A DNA stretch of 20,986 bases, from assembly GCA_024626585.2 (NCBI GenBank), contig JANKJI020000002.1, positions 17,907,739 to 17,928,724 of the forward strand, written 5' to 3'. Under the pieces are notes generated by a model. The model did not search any database and was not told the origin of the DNA. It saw only the letters and a list, made by a program, of their open reading frames with translations. Shown piece after piece: positions 1 to 9,955 of the stretch (positions are counted from its first letter, which is position 1; every line of letters begins with the position of its first letter). The translations under genes were made by a program, and so were the position numbers. This DNA is from Ginkgo biloba. Lineage: Eukaryota > Plantae > Ginkgophyta.

Positions 1-1356
1 ATCACGAAGCTTAATAAAGTAGTACAGATTGAACTCTATAACAACAAATTAACGGGAGAGATTCCTCGGAATATGGTTAAGATGACTGCTCTGAGAAAGT
101 TTGATGCTTCCATGAATATGCTTAATGGGACTATACCTGAGAGTCTGGCAAGTCTACCACTTGAATCCCTAAATCTGTACGAGAATAATTTGGTAGGCAA
201 CATCCCCAAGGCCATTGGAGATTCTCCAAATCTAGCCGAGCTCAAGCTCTTTAAAAATCAATTGACAGGTCACTTACCTGAGAGACTAGGGAGTGTTTCA
301 GCTCTAGAAATGCTGGATGTTACAGGAAACCAATTGAGTGGTATGCTTCCACCTGATCTCTGCAAGCTAGGAAAACTACAAACTCTCGACGTCTTAGATA
401 ATAAATTCACAGGAAATTTGCCTTCCAGTTATGGGGAATGCTCGAGTCTCATTAGAGTGAGATTGAGCAATAATCAGTTTACAGGGCCAATCCCCAGTTC
501 ATTTTGGGGACTCCCTCACGTCAGCCTGCTTGAACTCCACAATAACAAGTTCCAAGGAACGATTTCTCCCAAAATTGCCAATGCTAAAAATCTGTCACAG
601 CTTGTGATCTCCAGGAACCAATTTTCCGGCAGCCTGCCTTCTGAAATTGGGTTGTTGTCAAGGCTTTCTACTATAATTGCTAGCAACAATCAACTCACAG
701 GACCTCTGCCTTCAAGCATGGGCAGTCTGTCCAGTCTGGGGAAACTAGATCTTCAGGGGAATCAGTTCTCAGGCAGTCTTTCTTTTGACATACAGTCATG
801 GAGGGAGCTTACAGAGCTCAATCTGTCACATAATAGATTTTCAGGACCTATTCCTTCAGAGCTCGGGGAGCTTCCAGTGCTTACATATCTGGATCTCTCT
901 GTCAATTTCTTGACGGGGTCTATTCCTTCTCAACTAGGTACTTTGAATCTTAATATATTCAATCTTTCAGATAATCGGTTGATGGGTCCTGTTCCCTCTG
1001 CTTTCAGTGGTAAGATGTATCGATCAAGTTTAATGGGCAATCCTGGGCTATGTAGTGATAATGTTGAGTGGATGAAACCATGTTCTTTAAAGGGGGGCAA
1101 TAGCAGACGGAAGGGTAGAAGTTGGGCATGGCTCCTGCCTGCATTGTTCACCTTAGCTGGGATCATTTTTGTTGTAGGACTTGTTTGGTTTTATAAACAA
1201 TACCGTCAATACAACAAGATGAAAGGACAAGATTTGGCGAGCAATAAGTCCTCTTGGATGCTAACTTCATTTCATCGACTGGGTTTTAGAGAATATGAAA
1301 TTTTGGATTGTATAGAGGAGGAAAATGTGATGCGACGCGAGAGGAAAAATACATAG
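1..1356 (+). CDS. HSL1: HAESA-like (HSL1-like) LRR receptor-like kinase, subfamily XI; 5'-partial: LRR ectodomain, TM and juxtamembrane region (homology ends ~1331, in-frame stop 1354-1356)
   Basis: The frame is open from base 1 (ITKLNKVVQIELYNNKLTGEIP...), so the true start is upstream of the window. There are 14 plant-type LRRs (LxxLxLxxNx[LF]xGxIP). Segments I recognise from HSL1/HAESA include VVQIELYNN, DASMN, LPLESLNLYENNL, FWGLPHVSLLEL, SWRELTELNL, the C-cap MYRSSLMGNPGLC, the TM WLLPALFTLAGIIFVVGLVWFY (1129-1194) and the juxtamembrane SSWMLTSFHRLGFREYEILDCIEEENV. HSL1 versus HAESA/HSL2 orthology needs a tree. Confidence 0.92.
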   Translation: MTKLNKVVQIELYNNKLTGEIPRNMVKMTALRKFDASMNMLNGTIPESLASLPLESLNLYENNLVGNIPKAIGDSPNLAELKLFKNQLTGHLPERLGSVSALEMLDVTGNQLSGMLPPDLCKLGKLQTLDVLDNKFTGNLPSSYGECSSLIRVRLSNNQFTGPIPSSFWGLPHVSLLELHNNKFQGTISPKIANAKNLSQLVISRNQFSGSLPSEIGLLSRLSTIIASNNQLTGPLPSSMGSLSSLGKLDLQGNQFSGSLSFDIQSWRELTELNLSHNRFSGPIPSELGELPVLTYLDLSVNFLTGSIPSQLGTLNLNIFNLSDNRLMGPVPSAFSGKMYRSSLMGNPGLCSDNVEWMKPCSLKGGNSRRKGRSWAWLLPALFTLAGIIFVVGLVWFYKQYRQYNKMKGQDLASNKSSWMLTSFHRLGFREYEILDCIEEENVMRRERKNT

Positions 1357-1414
1357 ATAATGCATTTTTTTGTTTGGTGGAATTTAATTTGTCTCCATCA
1401 TTTTGAGTCAATTT

Positions 1415-2248
1415 NNNNNNNNNNNNNNNNNNNNNNNNNNNNNNNNNNNNNNNNNNNNNNNNNNNNNNNNNNNNNNNNNNNNNNNNNNNNNNNNNNNNNN
1501 NNNNNNNNNNNNNNNNNNNNNNNNNNNNNNNNNNNNNNNNNNNNNNNNNNNNNNNNNNNNNNNNNNNNNNNNNNNNNNNNNNNNNNNNNNNNNNNNNNNN
1601 NNNNNNNNNNNNNNNNNNNNNNNNNNNNNNNNNNNNNNNNNNNNNNNNNNNNNNNNNNNNNNNNNNNNNNNNNNNNNNNNNNNNNNNNNNNNNNNNNNNN
1701 NNNNNNNNNNNNNNNNNNNNNNNNNNNNNNNNNNNNNNNNNNNNNNNNNNNNNNNNNNNNNNNNNNNNNNNNNNNNNNNNNNNNNNNNNNNNNNNNNNNN
1801 NNNNNNNNNNNNNNNNNNNNNNNNNNNNNNNNNNNNNNNNNNNNNNNNNNNNNNNNNNNNNNNNNNNNNNNNNNNNNNNNNNNNNNNNNNNNNNNNNNNN
1901 NNNNNNNNNNNNNNNNNNNNNNNNNNNNNNNNNNNNNNNNNNNNNNNNNNNNNNNNNNNNNNNNNNNNNNNNNNNNNNNNNNNNNNNNNNNNNNNNNNNN
2001 NNNNNNNNNNNNNNNNNNNNNNNNNNNNNNNNNNNNNNNNNNNNNNNNNNNNNNNNNNNNNNNNNNNNNNNNNNNNNNNNNNNNNNNNNNNNNNNNNNNN
2101 NNNNNNNNNNNNNNNNNNNNNNNNNNNNNNNNNNNNNNNNNNNNNNNNNNNNNNNNNNNNNNNNNNNNNNNNNNNNNNNNNNNNNNNNNNNNNNNNNNNN
2201 NNNNNNNNNNNNNNNNNNNNNNNNNNNNNNNNNNNNNNNNNNNNNNNN
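1415..2248. other. Assembly gap (834 N) inside the RLK locus
   Basis: Run of N. Confidence 1.
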
Positions 2249-2504
2249 TTCATGTATAAAAAATAATTTGTTTGAAGATAAGGCTATCTTGGAGATGATT
2301 GCATTAGAAAAATTAATCCCATCCCCTTGGCAAGAAGTCTAGTTATCCTTAAAGGGGGATAATACAAAATTAGTCCAATTCAAGAAAATAAAAGTCATGC
2401 AGATGTTGTAGAATTAAGATATCTTCAATTTAAATAGTTTGAACCAATCTCTAAAAGACATATGTGAACATAATAAGGAGATTGATTTTGTTATAAGAAA
2501 AGAG

Positions 2505-2675
2505 AAGGAGGAAATGGCCCTGGTCCTCAAAGTGGCTATTCTCTGCACCAGTACTTTACCCATCAATCGCCCATCAATGAGGAGAGTGTTGGAGTTGCTG
2601 CATGAGGTCAATTCACTGCACAAGGCAAAGGCTGTTAGCAAGGATGGGAAATTATCTCTTTACTATGACCAGTAG
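2505..2675 (+). CDS. HSL1: C-terminal end of the same HSL1-like kinase (subdomain XI and tail)
   Basis: [35 protein letters not shown]...[12 protein letters not shown] matches the HSL1-type C-terminus ([26 protein letters not shown]...KDGKL.PYY). The upstream part of the listed ORF (2439-2504) is not kinase-like. Confidence 0.88.
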   Translation, partial: KEEMALVLKVAILCTSTLPINRPSMRRVLELLHEVNSLHKAKAVSKDGKLSLYYDQ

Positions 2676-3495
2676 GGCGCTCTTTAGGAGGGTTGCCCAG
2701 GAAAAGAATGGATAAAATTGCTTATTTTGGTGTTATTTTGCTTTGAATTTAGAGGTTTGGCAAGTTGGCCTCTTATCATCTGTACACAGGTTTTATGTAT
2801 TTATAGTCCGACATTACTTAAACATGAGAACGCTCCCTGTTCCTTTCTCCTTTGTATATGATATATTGCTCATAGTGAAGGATTTGAGCTAGAAGCTGCA
2901 GGAGATTAGTTGTTCCTGCTAATTTTGTCAAAAGATGTCAGCAATGTTCATTAGAAAGAGAGAGCACAGCTTTGTGCATTTTCTTTCAGCTTTGGCTCAA
3001 TCTGAAGCCTGCCAATATACACTTTTGGAGATGAATAACAGAAGTTTGAAACTTCTCACTATTTAAGTTTGGAGTTCTAAAGCTGCACATATAAATGTCA
3101 TTCGCCTACTACTTTGCCATTCTGCATTGTTTACTTTTGGCTTTCACTGACTCTTTCATCAAAGAACACCTCATAACAAATTGTGAACCAGCCTTGATCT
3201 TCAACAAAAGTATATAGACATTTTATAATACAATGTCAGAAAAAGATGTGATTAATGGAGTGGGATGATTGTTGGGTATGCAGCGTGCATCTAGCTGCTT
3301 TGCCAATGAGTTCTTGACTATTTCATCCAAGAACAATACTAACAAAGTTTGATTCTTCTAGAATTAAAAAGAGGACAAACAAGATTTAGTTTTGGAAGTT
3401 GATGAGAAGAGACTATGCCAGGATTGAACTTTATGACAAAGAACTTACATTTTACTCTCAAATGCAGTCTTCAATGATCTGGGGATTTATATCTA

Positions 3496-3650
3496 TGTAA
3501 CATGGACAGTTTTTGACAATTTGGAAGTGTCAAATTGTCTAAATAGGCATTTGAGAGTTTAGAACTGTCCAACTGTCCAGAAACTGCCCAGAAGGGTGGC
3601 TTGTTACAGCTAAGATAGTCCAACGCTGTTAAACTGTCCAGAACTATCCT
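3496..3650. repeat. Imperfect foldback / MITE-like element with AACTGTCC subrepeats
   Basis: Inverted pairs: TGTAACA (3496-3502) / TGTTACA (3602-3608), and TGGACAGTTT (3503-3512) / AAACTGTCCA (3631-3640). Internal 9-bp stem GACAATTTG (3515-3523) / CAAATTGTC (3531-3539). AACTG(T/C)CC repeats at 3563-3590. Confidence 0.5.
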
Positions 3651-5010
3651 AGACTGTATTTGCAAAATGCCAACATCTTTGGTTGCCGATGCTTGAATTA
3701 CATCTTTAGAAAATATTTGGTAGATTGGATGTTGGTATTTTGGGATGTTTCAGCCTCATGGAGTCCAGCTTGGAGAAGCATCTTCCACCAAATGTTTGCC
3801 ATTTCAAGTTTTGTAATTCTATGTGAAGTAGCCAAAGACTGATTATAACATTTTGTCTTTCCTGTACCTTTCCATCTCGTTGGGTTTGGTGTTTTAGTAC
3901 TTGATAAATTGTCACAAAGAGCATGCCTGCAAACTCTTTAACGAAAGGTCTGTAGGAGCCAATTTACAACACATTGCTGATTCAAGATTTTATCAAGTTC
4001 CAAATGCTTGTTGATCTACTCCTGACAGTAATTCATCCACGAGAGCATCCATTCCACATCCCTGGTGATGAAATGGAGACATATGGGTAGATGGTAAGGG
4101 TATCAAAGCTAGGGATGAGACCACGAGCCACAGGATTTAAATGCCCAAAAATAACCCGCTCGCAGTTGGGAGAGCAGTCAGAAATGGCCAACCATTTTTA
4201 CTATTGTCATAAACATTTCCTGCAACTCCCTGTCTTTTCCCCAAGAATTTTTTGATAAAATTATTCCTGTCGGTTGCTCTTTGTCCTCGATTACCTTGTT
4301 TCCTTTAGTTCTAGGCCAGGAATTATCCAACCTTTCTTACAGAGGATTTCCTACATGTGCTTGTCTTCAATTGTACTCTCCTACAGTGTTTTCTTTAACA
4401 GGAAGCTTTAATCTTACTCTCTACGGACTGTATGCAATTTTCAGATCAGGTTTCCCAGTTAACAGTTGTTATGTTAAAAAAATCTAAGTTATTCGTTCGC
4501 GTTCATAGTTTAATGACATGGGTTCTGGCAATAACATAGTGTGGAAGCTATACGACAACAGAAATGTTTTGGGGCAGTGGATTCTTTTGGGACATTTTTG
4601 CCAACGATGCAACCAGATTTGTCGATAAGTTTCAGTCGTTTGTATCATTTTTATGAAAGCGTTTGCCAATTCTGCAATAAATGATTCTACAACCTGGAGC
4701 TGCTGGCATTGAAAAGAGGCTGATAAAAATTACAAGAAAAAAATACAATGGAAGGTATAAAGGGGTAAAGGCAGCACACTCTCCAACCTCTTTTGCAGGC
4801 CTTGGCTATTTGAAGCTTCTCCTCTACAGGTCCTTTGCAGGTGCTCTACAATTCATGGGAATACATTTCAGTTAAAATTGTCAAACAATTGTTGCAACGA
4901 GTTGTGCTCATTTTAAATTTAGAGAACCGGGTAACATATAACTCTCGAAATCTAACGAGAAGTCCACCACTAAACTGCCGCTCAAAAAGCCTTTTAAAGT
5001 ACTGACAAAA

Positions 5011-5020
5011 ACCACGTGGT
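5011..5020. promoter_or_regulatory. G-box/ABRE-like palindrome ACCACGTGGT
   Basis: A 10-bp perfect palindrome with CACGTG core, in a window where the neighbouring TE DNA is CpG-depleted. Function is not shown. Confidence 0.25.
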
Positions 5021-6353
5021 AGCAAAATGAATTGGATAACAATGGCAATGGCGGCAGAGTATATAATGGCACATTGGAGTTGCTATTAAATTAATATAAT
5101 TTTTATATTTACATTCATTTTTACGAGATTTTATTTTATTAATTATGTATATCCACATACTACCATAGGTGTATACTCTCTTAAATTAAACCTAAAATAT
5201 ATGTTTTTACTTAAGACCAAATTTATTAATTTTGACATTTTCTATAATATTTAATTTACTTAAGTATGTTTTAAAATGAAATAATTTCTTGAATAATTTT
5301 CCTTTATAAATTTAGTACACTATTCCATTTTTGGTTAATCAATAACCTAATTTCATTTAAAACTAAGGATATTTTAATTATCAAGTCAAATCGTTAGTCA
5401 TAGCGTAAATATAAACTAAAAAATGAATTGTTAATATACATTATTATAAATATATGATTCAGATTAGTCCATAAGGTCTAAATAGAACCATATAACTAAT
5501 TTTAATTATCATAATTTTGTAATAAAATTAAAAACTAGAAAGAAAAGAAAATCTAATCCGATAATTAACTATTGTAAAATTTATATTTTTACAAATTTAT
5601 AAAATGTATCTAAATAATGTAGTACCATTACTATACTAACTTCCATTATGATTATATAAAGGAAAATATTGTGCAAAATGTCAAAAATACATTTTACTTG
5701 TGGCATATTTTATTTTGTCATGCTCCAATGAAAAAAATTTGCAAATGTGCATCAAATTATAAATGTCAAATTTAAAATTTATTTATCATAATCATTTCAT
5801 CAAAATATTTTTTCTTTTCACTAAATCTTATAGTAAAAGTATAATTTGATCATTTGGATGAGAGGAAAAAGAAAGTGAGCAAAAAATTGAGTTAAACTAA
5901 TAACATGGGTGAAAAAGAGGATTCCAAAAATGTGGAAGAAGGCATATGGGAAAGTATATGCTATTGCATGTTTACTACCAAAGGATTTATTTATTTTGTA
6001 GTGAAACCCTTAGATCTAAAAGGAACATAAAGTGTTCCTTATATGTTAATCAAGAGGACAATGGATCAAAGTTATAACCCACTTCCTTGCATAAATGATG
6101 ATCATTCAACAAAATGAAACTTCCATGGATGAAATTATCAAGCTCCTATGGAAAATATAAATCCATATTATATGCCAAAATTTTATTTTAAAAAATTACA
6201 TCCACACTATAAGATTAATTCATACATGTTAACATTAAAATACTCTAAGAAGTTAGCATGCTTCATAATAGGGTGCAAGCAGAGGGAAGACTAAGGGAAT
6301 ATCATATAGAAATAAGATAAATAGGATAATTATTTAGCATAGGTTATTTAACA

Positions 6354-8641
6354 CCCCTTCCTACACATTAATTCACACTATTAAAACCCCAAAATACCCC
6401 TAATGATATAATTTCATCATTTTGCAACATTAAATAATTATTTCTTCATTATAAGGAGATTTATACAAATTCTTACAAGTCACGCATGGGAATTATTTGC
6501 CATGAGTAAAGTCTAGTAATATTCTACAAATTTATATTTATGATGAAGACTTATTTCCTTGAATTCTTGTTAGCATAATTATTTATGTACCTTTTTTTCT
6601 TATTTTTCCTCTCATCCTTCCTCATTCTATAGTCCTTTATATGATGACATCATTTTCCACAATTATAATAATTTCCTTTGGGCCTTTTTTGAACTCCACC
6701 TGTCTTCATTTTTATTGAATTCCTTCCTTAGAGGGGGATTTTATTTTCTTGTATATACAAATTATTTTCCTTTGAAGTTTTCCCTTGAAGCAAAGGCACT
6801 TTTTCTTAAGCTCAATTCTTCATACATTTTATCCCTCTATTACTATTATAACAAAAGACCAAATAATTCATCAAAGGATAAAATACTAACTTTACCATAT
6901 ACCGACAAGGTTTGTCTCAATCCCTCATATGTTCTTGCTAAGCTAAGAAGGTTTTTTTTCACAAACTCCTTCTTCTCAACCATTTCTCCAATGGCTACAA
7001 TTTGATTTTTTATATTCTTCAACTTTTTCAAGTTACTTTTCATATCTTCATTATCTTCCATCTTCAAATCGTAAATATATTCCTTCAATGTTAAACTCAT
7101 TGTATCATTAGGTCTCTTATATATTTCCTTTAAAATTTTCTAAGCATGATTCACTATTTTTTTATTTGAAATGAAATGAATAAATTCATTTGTTATGATT
7201 AAACCCCAGGCATCCCTTTCTCTCAAATAAAATTTTGCCTTTTGATTTATATCACTAAGAGGTGTTTCTTGTCCAAGTGTAATATCCCCCAAATATTTTC
7301 CATAAAGAATATGTTCCACTTTGATTTTCCAAATACCATAATTATTCCCATCAATGTTTTCATCAGATATCATAATATTTGATACACTAGCCATTTTTGT
7401 AAATCATGTTTGAAATGACCAATAAATAAGTACTTGATATACTAATTTTTATAATATGAAAATATTACCTAATTATATACTATAAAATAGACCTACACCT
7501 AAAATTTCATCAAAATTTAAGATCATTTGATGGGTTTTTCGGTCCTCTTCTAAACATAAAAAATTACTCCTTTAGCTCCTTTCATCACTTAGCTCTTATT
7601 TCTCCATATGAACTATATTCATCTCTACAAATAAAATAGTTAGTAAAACACACCTTTTGATATTTAAAAAATCAGTGACCATATGTTCTAATGCTAACTT
7701 TGTAATATGATTTGACAAAAAATGTTTTTTATTTCTAGATAACAAAGAGAAAATAAATAAATAAAAGAATCATGTGACCTCACTCAAGGGAAGAATTCAA
7801 CCATATTTCCAAATCATTTTAATCAAAATATATATTTTTTTCAAATCTACTAATTTTTGCAACCACATCTTTTCTTTTTTTCGTTGGACAATTTTTTTCT
7901 CTACACCTCTTTAGATTAGGTCAGATAAGGTCACTGCAATCTTGCCTCTAGATCATAATGTCTCAAAAAATAAATCCAACAATCACTATCTAAAAGGGTT
8001 AACTTTTATCATTGAAATAGTTAGTGGTTCATTTTTCTATTGTACTTTACACCTCACATGATCTCCTCTCTATGCAACTCATAACCTAAACTTTTTTTTT
8101 TTTTATGGTGTCTTCATTTTTCTACTACGATAATTTTGATCCATCTCCTAATTTTCTTCTATCTTGCATCTGGTGTGATATTTTATTTATATTACTAATG
8201 TATCTATATGATATGGAATTCTCTAATTTGTAAGGATTAAGAATATTCTCCACTGTGAAAATCAATCAATTTCTTCAGTAGTTATTCCTCTATCTCATTC
8301 CATAAGATCCTCATGTAATCCATAATTGGATAGGGTTTTAGATGCTAATAGAAAGGGGTTGCATTGATAAATCACCTTGACTTCCCCATATAACCCATTG
8401 TCACACAACCCAATGATATCCACGCTCTAGACCATGTTGAAACAAGATAGGAAGATAAAAGTAAATAATTATCATGAACACTTGATTGCATTACTTTACA
8501 CTATGTACAAAACAAACATATATATAGTCATTATAGAACCATAGATAAAATTGGCACAAGTTCTAATGACACAAAACCCAACATGTCATGTTAACCAACA
8601 TAGACTAGTTAATCTAGAATATTATCATTATATTTTGAACA
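6354..8641 (-). mobile_element. Degenerate Ty1/copia LTR retrotransposon, internally deleted (candidate 5' LTR, PBS, leader, gag, PPT)
   Basis: Candidate LTR 8435-8641 with near-inverted ends (TGTTGAAA...TTTGAACA on +). Degenerate tRNA-Met PBS TGGTCTAGAGC on - (8424-8434). Gag remnant 7394 to ~6600. PPT AGGAAGGGG (6354-6362 on -) followed directly by TGTTA, the likely 3' LTR start at 6353. Confidence 0.6.
6600..7394 (-). pseudogene. Copia gag pseudogene (DUF4219/UBN2-type plus degenerate CCHC zinc knuckle)
   Basis: ORFs 7140-7394 and 6846-7100 are in the same frame, split by a TAG at an expected Trp (VNHA*KILKEIY). Motifs: DGNNYGIWKIKV, YDLKMEDNEDM, IKNQIVAIGEMVE, LLSLARTYEGL, LSFDELFGLLL. 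After a frameshift comes the knuckle KGNYYNCGK*CHHIKDY (6629-6670). Confidence 0.85.
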
Positions 8642-9395
8642 AGTTATGTAATTTTATTATATTGTTAACTAATTAATAATAACCCTACTCCCACTTATTA
8701 TAAGAAACACATTTTGAAGGGGAAGGAAATCTAGTTTAGATAAGATTATGAGAGAGGAGATATTTTTAAGGCCCAATTTAGTCTCTTTGAAATAATCCTA
8801 TATTCTCTTTTACTCCTTACTTCTTATATTCAATGAAATTGCATAATTTCCATCATTATTAAATGTAATAATTTCCATCATAATTTCCACAAACAATATC
8901 ATACATAATATTCATGCATGATATAATTACAATTGACACCATAATTCTAAATAGAGCACAATATAGAATATAATAATCATAATGGGGCTCACTTTAGACT
9001 AAGAGGTCACTAATGGACCCACTAGAATCCAAAAAATTAGAAATGAAAAAAATATCTAAATAATATAAAGATAAAATTTAAATTATTTTAAAGTGAGCCT
9101 TATTTTCCTTTGTGTACTCAAAATGGGCTTTGTTAGCCTTAAACTAGCCTACATATGACTTCACACCTAGTTTGTGGTTTTATTTTACAAATACGAGCCT
9201 ACCATTTATCTCTTACATAAGTAACATAGTTAACCATAGTCATACATATTGATTTATGGATATAAAATTCCTTTATCTTAACATTATTTTCATTTGAATT
9301 ATAGGTCCTTTACTTTTATTGTATGAGCCTTCTATATCCTTCTTAAGTAAAAATATGTCTCTACATAATCTAAACTATCGATCCTACCATTTAAA

Positions 9396-9414
9396 TGTGT
9401 GTGTGTGTGTGTGT
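9396..9414 (+). repeat. (TG)9 microsatellite
   Basis: tgtgtgtgtgtgtgtgtgt. Confidence 0.95.
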
Positions 9415-9891
9415 TGATATCTTCTCTTAAAAGGAAGATATGAATATATCCTAAGACCATGATACCTCAACTATCTGAATCCTCCTGTTAGTGCCCCTTA
9501 TAATAAGCAAATAAATATATCTAAACTCCATATATTTCATAAGTATATCACCACTAGCATCAAAATAACTTCTCCTCCAAATTTTTTAATCAATACCAAA
9601 TAAATCACATGAACCCATAACATAAGGCAAGTGATGAAATATCTAACCATCCTCTCTATCACATAATATACTATATACGAAATCCAAGACACTAATAAGA
9701 GGATCATTCGAATCACATACATCATGGGAAGATGAAATCCTCATACATAAAAAAGTATCATAATAATATTAAAACTTAACATGATAGTGATAGCCATATG
9801 TGTTTTGATTAGTAGATGCTCATACAAATCATGGCTTGCACTTCTCAAAAGTACATTATCCAACAACATCCAATGGGTTCTCTTAATATGG

Positions 9892-9955
9892 TAATAAAAT
9901 AAGGTGGCATTGGAAAATTATAGTCATAGTATAATAAAACAAGGTGGCATTGGAA
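9892..9955 (+). repeat. Two copies of a 24-bp direct repeat, 40-bp period
   Basis: TAATAAAA(T/C)AAGGTGGCATTGGAA at 9892-9915 and 9932-9955, one mismatch. Confidence 0.85.

Noticed and set aside
73-75. ATG at 73 as the RLK start
   Set aside because: The frame is open and LRR-like from base 1, and there is no signal peptide or N-cap; the gene starts upstream of the window.
36-1166. Minus-strand ORFs 36-245 and 930-1166 (also 2414-2641)
   Set aside because: Antisense shadows of the RLK coding sequence.
1360-2266. Long ORFs 1360-2259, 1403-2266 and 1408-2253
   Set aside because: They consist almost entirely of N-gap codons.
3471-4875. Six short ORFs of 60-72 aa, considered as possible secreted peptide-ligand genes (IDA/CLE-like) next to the receptor
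   Set aside because: No signal peptide combined with a C-terminal PIP/SGPS- or CLE-type motif; several lack an ATG start; lengths are compatible with chance.
6715-7005. Plus-strand 96-aa ORF
   Set aside because: Antisense of the copia gag.
8092-8104. T13 run as a retroposon poly(A) tail
   Set aside because: No TSD or SINE/LINE body seen; a simple homopolymer within the copia leader.
8710-8735. Purine tract GAAGGGGAAGGAAA resembling a gypsy PPT
   Set aside because: Not followed by a clean TG LTR start and no adjacent integrase remnant; too weak to call.
9892-9955. Repeat-spacer-repeat pattern as a CRISPR-like array
   Set aside because: Only two copies with a 16-bp spacer, in a eukaryotic TE context with no cas genes.
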